Below, in pieces: positions 52,634-60,313 of a stretch of 64,000 nt of DNA (within the stretch, counting starts at the first letter, position 1; every line of letters begins with the position of its first letter). The translations under genes were made by a program, and so were the position numbers. The stretch comes from a virus: positions 1 to 64,000 of the IMG/VR virus record IMGVR_UViG_3300048818_000230; one strand, written 5' to 3'. A model generated the notes under the pieces. That model did no database searches, was not told the DNA's origin, and saw only the letters and a list, made by a program, of their open reading frames with translations.

Positions 52634-53014
52634 TCATACCGGGACGCACACTCCCTCATTGCCCCAGTCGTCATAGAGCGAGCTCCATTCGCCCGGCGCC
52701 GTGATCTTGACCGTGCATCCGCGCGGATCGCCCTGGAAGACGACGCCGAACGGGCCATCGTCGGTCGCGGGCAAATCCTGCACGAGCGAGCGAATGCGGG
52801 CCTCGATCTTCTCTTCGCGCGCATCAGCGCGATTCGACGCCGCTTCATCCCAGCTACCGTCATACGTCTGATAGCCGTTACACGCTTGCTCCTGGAGTCG
52901 ATGATGCGTTGTCGCGTGCCTGCAAATCAGCGAGCAAGTCTCGGTGATCGCCCGTGTGGTACCGATTGCCGGCGCTAGCTTGAACGCCAATTCACGACCT
53001 TTATTCGTCGCCAT
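52634..53014 (-). CDS. hypothetical protein
   Basis: 126-aa ORF with normal composition. Confidence 0.45.
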   Translation of the reverse strand: MATNKGRELAFKLAPAIGTTRAITETCSLICRHATTHHRLQEQACNGYQTYDGSWDEAASNRADAREEKIEARIRSLVQDLPATDDGPFGVVFQGDPRGCTVKITAPGEWSSLYDDWGNEGVCVPV

Positions 53015-53132
53015 AATCTCGTCTCTCTCTAGTTTGTGGAATCGGCCGGAAAGTCACTCCGGCAAGCCGCATGATCTCATCCGATGAGAAAGCCTCGCGC
53101 TCTAACGCATGCGGCGACAGTCTTAGGGTCGG

Positions 53133-53477
53133 TCAGTCGGTCGCCTCCGTGTCTGCGTTGTAGATATTGCGGCGCGTCGTGATTGGATCTCCGTCCGCGG
53201 TTGCTTCCATGAAACGGTCAATTCTGGCGTTCGCGTCGAATTGCCCGACTGTCACGAGAAACGCGCGCACAGTCGAAAGCTCCGCGACCGCCTGCTCTAG
53301 ATCGCGCGCGACGAGCTCAAGCGATGCGTTTAGGTCGTGCCCGTAGCCGTCGCGGATAGCGCCGTATTCGCGGATCTCGTCAATACGCATTCCGGCTACC
53401 TTCGCCGCGACTCCGGCCGTTCCCAGCCAATCGCGCACACTTCCACCGTTAGACATCTTGCGGTCTAGATCAGTCAT
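53133..53477 (-). CDS. hypothetical protein
   Basis: 114-aa ORF. Its ATG lies 12 nt after HH-2. Confidence 0.45.
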   Translation of the reverse strand: MTDLDRKMSNGGSVRDWLGTAGVAAKVAGMRIDEIREYGAIRDGYGHDLNASLELVARDLEQAVAELSTVRAFLVTVGQFDANARIDRFMEATADGDPITTRRNIYNADTEATD

Positions 53478-53489
53478 CTAATCGTCTCC

Positions 53490-53557
53490 CTGTTAGCTCA
53501 TCAGCGCGAGATAGTCTGTCTCGCGGACACTCGCTCTAGCGCGAGTGTTTCGCTCAG
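53490..53557 (-). ncRNA. type II hammerhead ribozyme candidate HH-2 (fully canonical core)
   Basis: CUGAGC-GAA-ACACUCGC-GCUAGA-GCGAGUGU-C(53526)-CGCGAGA-CAGACUA-UCUCGCG-CUGAUGA-GCU-AA-CAG, read on the minus strand. Confidence 0.7.
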
Positions 53558-53802
53558 TCGGTCGGTAGAAACGTGCTCGATATCGAGCAATCTTGAGTCG
53601 AAGTCGTCACGTGCGGTACGCCTAGTAGCTCGGTGTCAGTGCCGACATACGGGCCGCTCACGCGGAGCTGTATCGTCCAACCGCGCCGATACTCGATGAT
53701 TCGACCAGTTGGGAACCCGTGCGCTTGCGCGTGCTCGACTGCATCCGCGCGTGTAGCGAAGTAGCGGATGCCCTTATGTAGCTTGCTCGTCTGCTCAGTC
53801 AT
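53554..53802 (-). CDS. hypothetical protein
   Basis: Internal ATG (MTEQTSKLHKGIRYFATRADAVEHAQAHGF...) with an 8-nt overlap onto the upstream gene. Confidence 0.4.
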   Translation of the reverse strand: MTEQTSKLHKGIRYFATRADAVEHAQAHGFPTGRIIEYRRGWTIQLRVSGPYVGTDTELLGVPHVTTSTQDCSISSTFLPTD

Positions 53803-54028
53803 CGCTACTCGCAGTCTGTAGAAAGCCGAATGCGCCGCAGTAGACCGCAACGTGAGTCCACTTCGCGCCTGTCACCGTATAGACGTTGTAAGTCTCGGCC
53901 GGATCAGTCCGGCGCTGGAGCATGTAGCGCGTGCAAGTAGCGAGCGATTGATAGTTGCCCGCGACTGTGCCGAGCGAACCTAGTCGGTCGCGACCGTTTG
54001 CGTCTGTCGGTCGCGCTATATAGCGCAT
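53795..54028 (-). CDS. hypothetical protein
   Basis: Internal ATG (MRYIARPTDANGRD...), 2 nt after the upstream stop. Confidence 0.4.
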   Translation of the reverse strand: MRYIARPTDANGRDRLGSLGTVAGNYQSLATCTRYMLQRRTDPAETYNVYTVTGAKWTHVAVYCGAFGFLQTASSDD

Positions 54029-54030
54029 CG

Positions 54031-54219
54031 CTACAGCTCCTCTGCGTAGTTGTGGACGGGATAGCAATGCTGCGCGGAGAATGCGTCAACCCGCGCGATG
54101 AAGTCGTCGACAACGTCGTGAGAGCGCTCGATATACGGGCGCGCGCAAGGATGATCGTCTGTATCGACGGCCGGATAAGGAACGTATACCGGCCACTCGC
54201 TAGTCAATGTCTGTACCAT
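54031..54219 (-). CDS. hypothetical protein
   Basis: Start MVQTLTSEW follows the conserved leader CAGAGAGACGAGACG directly after HH-3. Confidence 0.4.
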   Translation of the reverse strand: MVQTLTSEWPVYVPYPAVDTDDHPCARPYIERSHDVVDDFIARVDAFSAQHCYPVHNYAEEL

Positions 54220-54242
54220 CGTCTCGTCTCTCTGTCTCGCTT

Positions 54243-54299
54243 GGCTCGTCAGTGCGGGAGTCACCCGCAGACGGCGCTACTGCGCGCCGTTTCGCCCTA
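54243..54299 (-). ncRNA. type II hammerhead ribozyme candidate HH-3
   Basis: GGGC-GAA-ACGGCGC-GCAGUA-GCGCCGU-C(54270)-UGCGGG-UGACU-CCCGCA-CUGACGA-GCC, read on the minus strand. Confidence 0.65.
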
Positions 54300-54560
54300 T
54301 GCGAAGATGGATTCGTCGTGAGTCAACGCCCAGACAATCTGCTCGTCAGTCGCGTCCATAGCGTTGAGCGCGCTAGCAGCACCAGGGACGCCGCACAACG
54401 TCGTCCAACGGCCGATGAATTCGTACATACCGGGACCAGTGACGATGATCGTCGGCTGCTCCTGATCGGCCAGATTCGAGCCGTGCGCGTTCGGCCGGCG
54501 CCGAACAATGAAACGGCCTCGCTTCGTCTGAACCTCGCCGGATGAATCACTCTCAGTCAT
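54297..54560 (-). CDS. hypothetical protein
   Basis: 87-aa ORF. Its stop codon lies inside HH-3 stem II. Confidence 0.45.
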   Translation of the reverse strand: MTESDSSGEVQTKRGRFIVRRRPNAHGSNLADQEQPTIIVTGPGMYEFIGRWTTLCGVPGAASALNAMDATDEQIVWALTHDESIFA

Positions 54561-54671
54561 CGTCTAGCCTCTCTGCCGCTAGTCAAGCGGCCCTGCTTAG
54601 TCTCTCGCGATCAGTGCTGCAAGGCCACGCACGCGCTACAGCGAGCGCCGTGCGGGCCGAAGATCAGTCGT

Positions 54672-54833
54672 TCAGCGCTCTGAGTCGAACCTTTGCGCGA
54701 GCGCGATAACTTCCGCGCGCATCGTCTCATTGTGGAAGCGCTCATCTAGTGTCTTGCGGAGCGCCCAAGCGATCAGACCGGCTTCGCGCTCAGAGACACC
54801 AGTGATCGGCGCCGGAATACTCTGCTCAGCCAT
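54672..54833 (-). CDS. 53-aa protein, first gene of the operon (below ORF-track cutoff)
   Basis: Manual translation MAEQSIPAPITGVSEREAGLIAWALRKTLDERFHNETMRAEVIALAQRFDSER. Leader GGGAGACGATGAGCG upstream. Confidence 0.35.
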   Translation of the reverse strand: MAEQSIPAPITGVSEREAGLIAWALRKTLDERFHNETMRAEVIALAQRFDSER

Positions 54834-54891
54834 CGCTCATCGTCTCCCTAGATCGTCTCTCGCGCTAGTCTCACGCGCGTCTGATAGATGG

Positions 54892-54919
54892 ATCATACAC
54901 ATCTACATAGCTACGTCAA
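54892..54919 (-). promoter_or_regulatory. promoter TTGACG-N16-TATGAT for the minus-strand small-gene operon
   Basis: Counted on the minus strand. An AT-rich tract (CTTTTATTAGAAG) lies just upstream. Confidence 0.45.
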
Positions 54920-55518
54920 GGCTACTGTGATCACTTCTAATAAAAGGCTTTCGCCAGAGGGAAAGCACACCGCAGACAGGCGCTCAGCCATTGCTACGTA
55001 CTGATGCGAGACCTACTGTCGACGGAGAGCGGGAGAATCGCTCAGACCGCGCCGAAAGACTCTCTCTCAACCTTCCGGCCCTCTCAGTCACTACCTAGAG
55101 CGTGTCTCGTGAGTGCTCTAGCTTGTTTCACCGGACATAAGTGCTTGCGCTAGCTAGCAGTCTCTCTGTCACCTTCGCGCACTGCCGGCCGCGCGTACAA
55201 AACCCTGGACGCCGGAGCTCGGTCACCGGAAAGTATGTGATCCGATGTCCAAGAGAGCCCCGCCAACACTGAACGCGAACGCGGATTGAGAATCCCCCGA
55301 CCCTCCCCAGGGGTCTGCCTCTTGGCCATGCCGGCGCGCGATTCGACCCCGGATGGTAGACAGCTTGAGAACTCGCCAACAGAGCATTCCAACTCGCTCA
55401 GCAGAGGTCGTGTCATCGCTCAGAAGCGCATTGCGATGAGGAAGAGCTGCCCGAGCAAGCACCTACGCCGGCTATCAGAGCAGTGCTCTACTGACGGTAG
55501 GAAGGGGTCTGAGAGGGT

Positions 55519-55558
55519 CTTCGGGCCGATCTGGGAGGATTTCGGCCGATTTAGGGCC
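55519..55558 (+). repeat. tandem TTCGG(G)CCGATnTnGGG repeat inside the 0.95-kb non-coding region
   Basis: ttcgggccgatctggg / ttcggccgatttaggg. GGGTCT recurs at 55311, 55505, 55515 and 55645; GAGGATTTCG recurs twice in the region (within 55531-55550 and near 55701). Confidence 0.45.
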
Positions 55559-55831
55559 TTTTCGACGAGGTGCGTTTCGACAAAGTCCCTGCATAGCGTG
55601 GGTTTTGACCCCCTCTGTGCTCGGATCCGGCTACCCCTCCCCTAGGGTCTTCTACCGGCTGAGTCCTCTTGCGCAGATTCCTCCGGCGGAATCTGAGATT
55701 TTCGAGGATTTCGCTACTCCCTCTATGTATGAGGAAGCTAAGTATTTAGCTCGATGCTATTGCTCAGATGAGCATCGCCACGAAGATCTGCCTAAAGTGC
55801 GCGATCACTCTGCGATGACTAGCTTCCGACC

Positions 55832-55860
55832 TTGCTGTCTGGAGAAGCTGCTGCTAAGCT
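55832..55860 (+). promoter_or_regulatory. promoter TTGCTG-N17-TAAGCT followed by GATCTAGTAGG
   Basis: Counted directly, upstream of the 55906 operon. Confidence 0.45.
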
Positions 55861-55905
55861 GATCTAGTAGGTAGGTTCTTGGCGGCTACTGGGGAAGGAG
55901 TTGTT

Positions 55906-56427
55906 GTGGGCGAGCCTGAACGTTGGGACATGGACGAGCGAGAGCTTGCTTGGGTGGAGGGGATTACCCGCAGTGGCCTGGACTTGAACTTCTTCCATGC
56001 CGAACAGTGCATTCTCCGTTTGCGCGAGGTCGATGCTTTCTCTGACGCGCAGGCTCTGTCAGACCGCGCGGTCTTCCGCATCCGCTGCCGCTGTACCGAT
56101 GTCCTCGCCGTCGACCTCGAGCGTATGTGTGTGCAGCTTGTGCCGCGGACGAGAGTGCTCGAACTCAAACAGATCACAGAGCCGGCCGCTGCCGACAAGA
56201 TCACAGTCACTCCTGCAGGAGTGTTTCCCGGCGAGGATCCCAACATTGCCGCAAGTGAACTTAGTGAAGACGAAGTCCGCGCGTTGTTACAGGGCGCGAC
56301 GATTACCGAGTTGGTCGAGCATCTGCATCCCGTCGAGGGTGATCGTCTCCAACTGACACTCGCAAGCGGCTACTCCGTGCAGATCGCTGCTCAGCGTCTA
56401 CGATTGAGCGCGGTGAAGATCGCGTGA
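55906..56427 (+). CDS. hypothetical protein
   Basis: GTG after GAAGGAG, 173 aa. Confidence 0.45.
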   Translation: MGEPERWDMDERELAWVEGITRSGLDLNFFHAEQCILRLREVDAFSDAQALSDRAVFRIRCRCTDVLAVDLERMCVQLVPRTRVLELKQITEPAAADKITVTPAGVFPGEDPNIAASELSEDEVRALLQGATITELVEHLHPVEGDRLQLTLASGYSVQIAAQRLRLSAVKIA

Positions 56428-56436
56428 GCACGTGTA

Positions 56437-56835
56437 TTGCGCGTCGCTGCAGGTACCAGCACGGCCTCGAGCATGGGCTGTGTGCTTACCACCGCGCGTA
56501 CGCAAAAGGCCGGAGGGACCGAAAGCATGGTTGCTGGGCAAGATCGCTTTGTGGATAGCTCCGTGGTTGGCATGAGCGACGAACACCAACTGCCGAGTAT
56601 GGGGCAATCCGCCAGTCGAGAATTGATCTGCGGCATCGTGTCCGAGTCTGGACCGAACCGTGAGCCGCTTGCGTGTGGCTACAAGAAGGGCCACGTCGGG
56701 GCGCATGCGTGGTACTCGCTGCCGACGTTTGTCAATGGCGAGGCCCAGGAGGTGCGGGCTCTCAGGGCGCGTTTGGCCCAGTCGGAGTGGATTGTCTGCG
56801 CTGAGGCCGAGCGCATGCTGGGGCCAACCCCGTGA
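56437..56835 (+). CDS. hypothetical protein (start uncertain)
   Basis: ORF-track frame. ATG 56527 has GGAGGG upstream. An alternative 44-codon Cys/His-rich ORF (GTG 56424..56558) overlaps the 5' part. Confidence 0.35.
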   Translation: MRVAAGTSTASSMGCVLTTARTQKAGGTESMVAGQDRFVDSSVVGMSDEHQLPSMGQSASRELICGIVSESGPNREPLACGYKKGHVGAHAWYSLPTFVNGEAQEVRALRARLAQSEWIVCAEAERMLGPTP

Positions 56836-56919
56836 GCCGCCGATCCGAGGACTCAGTGATTGAGCCGGGCCAGGTCTACGAGGCGCGGCGATGACCGGCC
56901 GCCGAAACGGAGCGTCACG

Positions 56920-57210
56920 ATGAGCTCCGACAACTGGGCGATCTGCCCTCGCTGCCTTGCCCAAGCAAAGGAGGCTTTCGGCGCGGAGGTCGCGCGCGTC
57001 GGTGCGATGTACGGCTCCGTGCCGATCGAGGAGTTCGATGCGGCGCGCGATGCGATCAAGGCCGTCGACCCTGAGGAGTACCGGACGTTCCGTGAGGACT
57101 ACGAGTTCTACGGGGCGGAGGAAGGCGAGATCACGGCCGACTACTCGGGTCATTGCAGTAAGTGCGCCCTCGGACTTGACTTCAAGGAAGCGAGGAGGTT
57201 CTATCCATGA
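56920..57210 (+). CDS. zinc-ribbon protein
   Basis: MSSDNWAICPRC...GHCSKC (CxxC...CxxC). Confidence 0.45.
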   Translation: MSSDNWAICPRCLAQAKEAFGAEVARVGAMYGSVPIEEFDAARDAIKAVDPEEYRTFREDYEFYGAEEGEITADYSGHCSKCALGLDFKEARRFYP

Positions 57211-57506
57211 GCGAGCGCCGCCAAAACGAGGCGTTGCGATTCGCCGATTTCGAGTACCCGCAGGACCCTGGCTACGCCAAATGGCCGACCGATGACGGCT
57301 ACGACGCTTGGATGGTGATGACACCCGACCGCTGCCTGTTCATGCTGGCGAACCCCGGCTCGAACATCGGCGGCGCTGTGCATGAGGTCGAGGAGCACGA
57401 GGACGGCACGATCACCGTCGAGCCGCGCCCCGGCAACTCAAACTCGATCCTTTCGCCGAAGGGCTGGCACGGCTACATCGATCACGGCGTTTGGAGGGCC
57501 GCATGA
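57207..57506 (+). CDS. hypothetical protein
   Basis: 99-aa ORF, ATGA-coupled. Confidence 0.45.
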   Translation: MSERRQNEALRFADFEYPQDPGYAKWPTDDGYDAWMVMTPDRCLFMLANPGSNIGGAVHEVEEHEDGTITVEPRPGNSNSILSPKGWHGYIDHGVWRAA

Positions 57507-58165
57507 CCGGCCGCCAAAACGCAAGCTCGCGTCCTCGGATTTTGGACCTGTTCTGCTGCCAAGGCGGCGCAGCGATGGGCTACCACAACGCAGGCTTCGA
57601 GGTCGTCGGTGTGGACATTGATCCGCAGCCGCACTACCCCTTCGAGTTCTGGCAGATGGATGCCCTCACATGGGGCGATTGGGACTTCTTCGACGCGATC
57701 CACGCTTCTCCGCCGTGCCAGCGCTACTCGAAGGCCACGCACCTGCGTGGCTACGAGCACCCGGACCTGATCGCGGCGACGCGCGAGCTGCTGATCGCCT
57801 CCGGTCTGCCCTATGTGATCGAGAACGTCGAGGGCGCTCGCGATGAACTGGTCGATCCGGTGATGCTGTGCGGCTCGATGTTTGGGTTGCGCGTCTATCG
57901 GCACCGCTACTTCGAGACGAACTTCTCGCTCACCGCGCCGTGGCACCCGAAGCACTGGCTGCGCCAGGTGAAGATGGGCAGGCCGCCGGCGTGGGACGAG
58001 ATCCATCAGCCCGTCGGCAACTTCTCGGCAGTCGACGAGGGCCGCGAGGCGATGGAGATGCCGTGGGCGTCCAGAGACGGGCTGCGCGAGGCGATCCCGC
58101 CGCGGTATGCGGAGCACGTTGGCGGGCGCCTGATGGCCCACCTACTGAGGGAGGCTGCGGCATGA
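57491..58165 (+). CDS. DNA (cytosine-5)-methyltransferase, short form
   Basis: Motif I ILDLFCCQGG, motif IV ASPPCQRYS, motif VI YVIENV. Confidence 0.75.
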   Translation: MEGRMTGRQNASSRPRILDLFCCQGGAAMGYHNAGFEVVGVDIDPQPHYPFEFWQMDALTWGDWDFFDAIHASPPCQRYSKATHLRGYEHPDLIAATRELLIASGLPYVIENVEGARDELVDPVMLCGSMFGLRVYRHRYFETNFSLTAPWHPKHWLRQVKMGRPPAWDEIHQPVGNFSAVDEGREAMEMPWASRDGLREAIPPRYAEHVGGRLMAHLLREAAA

Positions 58166-58392
58166 CCGAGCAAGGCCGCCGATTCGAGGACTGGGCGGAT
58201 AAGCCGCGTTCGTTCCTAGCACAACACATGGCAGAGCTAACCGACGAGCGTGACCGCTACCGCGAGGCGCTGCGTCGCATCGTCGAGGTTGGTCATGGCC
58301 CGTTTGATCGCGAGATGGGACAGGCCGATCGTTGGCTACCCGCCTTGAATACGGCCACGGCTATCGCCGAGGAGGCGCTTGAGGATGTCTGA
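58162..58392 (+). CDS. hypothetical protein
   Basis: ATGA overlap, 76 aa. Confidence 0.4.
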   Translation: MTEQGRRFEDWADKPRSFLAQHMAELTDERDRYREALRRIVEVGHGPFDREMGQADRWLPALNTATAIAEEALEDV

Positions 58393-58609
58393 CCAGAGCC
58401 GCCAAAACGACGCATGGCCTGAGTACGACGCGACGAACGCCGTCCGGCTCTGCGACCGCTGCGAGGAGGAATCGGGCGTCAGCGCCGGGGCAGACGCGGG
58501 CGATCGTGCTTGCTCGATCTGCGGCTCACACGATGCGCCGCACGTCTATCCCGGTCCCGTTGGCGCGAGCACTCATCGTACCCCGAGTCGGGGGCCAAGC
58601 GAAACATGA
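58385..58609 (+). CDS. Cys-containing hypothetical protein
   Basis: GGAGG 10 nt upstream; CDRC...CSIC. Confidence 0.35.
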   Translation: MSDQSRQNDAWPEYDATNAVRLCDRCEEESGVSAGADAGDRACSICGSHDAPHVYPGPVGASTHRTPSRGPSET

Positions 58610-58857
58610 CTGAGGCCATCGAACGACAGTCCAACCGCCCCGTCATGCAGTTTTGCTCTACCTGCGGGGCGATGGCTGATTACTGGGTGACGGAGGACAA
58701 TAGGATTCCTCGGCCGATCTGCGGAAGATGTCTCGGCCGGCTCCAGGCCGCGATCGCCAAGAAGGACACCGAGAAAGCCGAGGCAGTCGCTCATGCCGCG
58801 CGCAAGAAGGTCCGCCGAGCCCAGAAAGCAGCACGACGAGTTGGGAGGCGAGGGTGA
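58606..58857 (+). CDS. zinc-ribbon protein with basic tail
   Basis: ATGA overlap; CSTCG...CGRC. Confidence 0.4.
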   Translation: MTEAIERQSNRPVMQFCSTCGAMADYWVTEDNRIPRPICGRCLGRLQAAIAKKDTEKAEAVAHAARKKVRRAQKAARRVGRRG

Positions 58858-59015
58858 CTGATGATCGAGAGCTTGCAGTTCGGCTAGTAGACCGAATGCG
58901 TGGTCTTGTGGCTCAGTACGACGCTGGCCATGAGATGTCCGAATATGAGCCTCGGCTGATGATTTACGAGGTTGAACGCCTGCAAGACATGATCAATGGC
59001 GACGAGGACGAATGA
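58854..59015 (+). CDS. hypothetical protein
   Basis: GTGA overlap, 53 aa. Confidence 0.35.
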   Translation: MTDDRELAVRLVDRMRGLVAQYDAGHEMSEYEPRLMIYEVERLQDMINGDEDE

Positions 59016-59167
59016 GACCGCCACACTGGTACTTCATCTACCGCTGGGATTGTGTGCTTTGCAGCAAGTCCGAGGAGACCCGCGAGCGCCGCTACACGCC
59101 GCGGCCTGAAGATCCAGCCGATCGCTGTGACTACGAAGAAGGCGCCTGCGAGAGCCACTTCCTATGA
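59012..59167 (+). CDS. 51-aa Cys-rich protein (below ORF-track cutoff)
   Basis: Manual translation MRPPHWYFIYRWDCVLCSKSEETRERRYTPRPEDPADRCDYEEGACESHFL. ATGA overlap. Confidence 0.3.
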   Translation: MRPPHWYFIYRWDCVLCSKSEETRERRYTPRPEDPADRCDYEEGACESHFL

Positions 59168-59180
59168 GACCTCGAGGAGA

Positions 59181-59459
59181 ATGCTCAGTACGCTGGGCTG
59201 CATATCGCGCTGGTCTTCGCCGGGATCAGCGCTATCGTGGGTGCCGCGCATGATCTATTTCCTCTTTCGCTTCCTGTTCGCCGTGATCGGCGTGATGCTG
59301 GTGCTCTCGTTCTTGGTGGTCGTGTTCACGGCGTGGGCGCTGATGTGGATCGTGGTCTTCATTTTGAGCGCCTTCTACGTCGCCTTCGACGAGAGGCGCA
59401 AGCCGAAGCGGCTCAAGCCACCATCGATTCCGCAGGCTCGCTGGAGTTCGCGTCGATAG
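59181..59459 (+). CDS. membrane protein
   Basis: MIYFLFRFLFAVIGVMLVLSFLVVVFTAWALMWIVVFILSAFYVAF contains three hydrophobic helices. Start uncertain. Confidence 0.4.
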   Translation: MLSTLGCISRWSSPGSALSWVPRMIYFLFRFLFAVIGVMLVLSFLVVVFTAWALMWIVVFILSAFYVAFDERRKPKRLKPPSIPQARWSSRR

Positions 59460-59498
59460 CTCTGTAGCAGCAGCTTTGACGTAGACTTCGATCCCAGC

Positions 59499-59897
59499 AT
59501 GATTGAGCTGGGCCTCGCTACTGACGTTGAGCTGGCCATCTTCGGCGCTGCGCGCGAAACTCCGCCCCCTGTCGGGGCTTCTGGCGTGGCATCGCTCGAC
59601 AAGGAAGGTCAAGCCGATAGGGCGAAGGATCCTTGGCGCGAGATCGCGCGGGGAATCGGCTGGTGGACTACTTGGCGCCGGCACGAGCAGAGGCTCACGG
59701 TTGGCGTCTCGCGCGTGGTCTGGGAAGAGCAGACCGTCCTGCATTTCGTCAATCTCGGCACCGACGGCTTCGCGATCGCCATCGTCGAGGGTGGCAAGTG
59801 CTTCTACGCGCGCGACGCGACGCTCATCAGCTTTGGATCCCAGGGTGGCCGAAACCATCTGCGCTTCTGGGTCTCCAAGGACGGCGGTCTGCGGTGA
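59499..59897 (+). CDS. hypothetical protein
   Basis: 132-aa ORF. Confidence 0.4.
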   Translation: MIELGLATDVELAIFGAARETPPPVGASGVASLDKEGQADRAKDPWREIARGIGWWTTWRRHEQRLTVGVSRVVWEEQTVLHFVNLGTDGFAIAIVEGGKCFYARDATLISFGSQGGRNHLRFWVSKDGGLR

Positions 59898-60313
59898 ACA
59901 TCGTTCTCGGCGTTGGAGTCAGCAAGATCGAGGACTTCGAGTCCTTCGGGCTGGATGTCGAGTATGAGGTCGAGCAAGCAGTAGCGGTCATCGCGCTGCA
60001 GCCCGATGGTGAGGCGCGCGATCTCAAGCGCGGCGACGAGATCTCCGTCTACGTTTTTGACGGCGCCGAGGGAGCGCTTTTCGAGTGTCTCGAGCAGATC
60101 AAGCTCGCGTGGGAAGACAGCGCCGCCGAGAACGGTCATCTCGGCCATGCTGCCGCCGGCCATTGGCTCTTCTACTGGATCGCGCCGGATCTCTCCTCGA
60201 TGCGTCAGCTCGTGCGCACCGGCCGTGTCGACGACCTCCGAGCAGCGGCACGCAGTTACATAGAGTCCGGCTTTGGTTCTCTGCATGGCCCGAAGATCGC
60301 TGTGTCGTCGTGA
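59894..60313 (+). CDS. hypothetical protein
   Basis: GTGA overlap, 139 aa. Confidence 0.4.
   Translation: MNIVLGVGVSKIEDFESFGLDVEYEVEQAVAVIALQPDGEARDLKRGDEISVYVFDGAEGALFECLEQIKLAWEDSAAENGHLGHAAAGHWLFYWIAPDLSSMRQLVRTGRVDDLRAAARSYIESGFGSLHGPKIAVSS

Noticed and set aside
37718-55000. A discrete integrated ICE or satellite bounded by direct att repeats
   Set aside because: The tRNA-like att core occurs only once in the window. It sits in the middle of the block rather than at its ends, and I found no flanking direct repeats. I kept only the weaker statement that this module is unusual.
55605-55862. ORF 55605..55862+ as a gene
   Set aside because: It has no RBS and overlaps the 55832-55860 promoter. 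Its composition is only partly protein-like. I left it as non-coding, with low certainty.
57207-57506. Naming 57207..57506 as a specific DUF family from its ...ITVEP...WHGYIDHGVW C-terminus
   Set aside because: The resemblance comes from memory only and is too weak to assert without a profile search.
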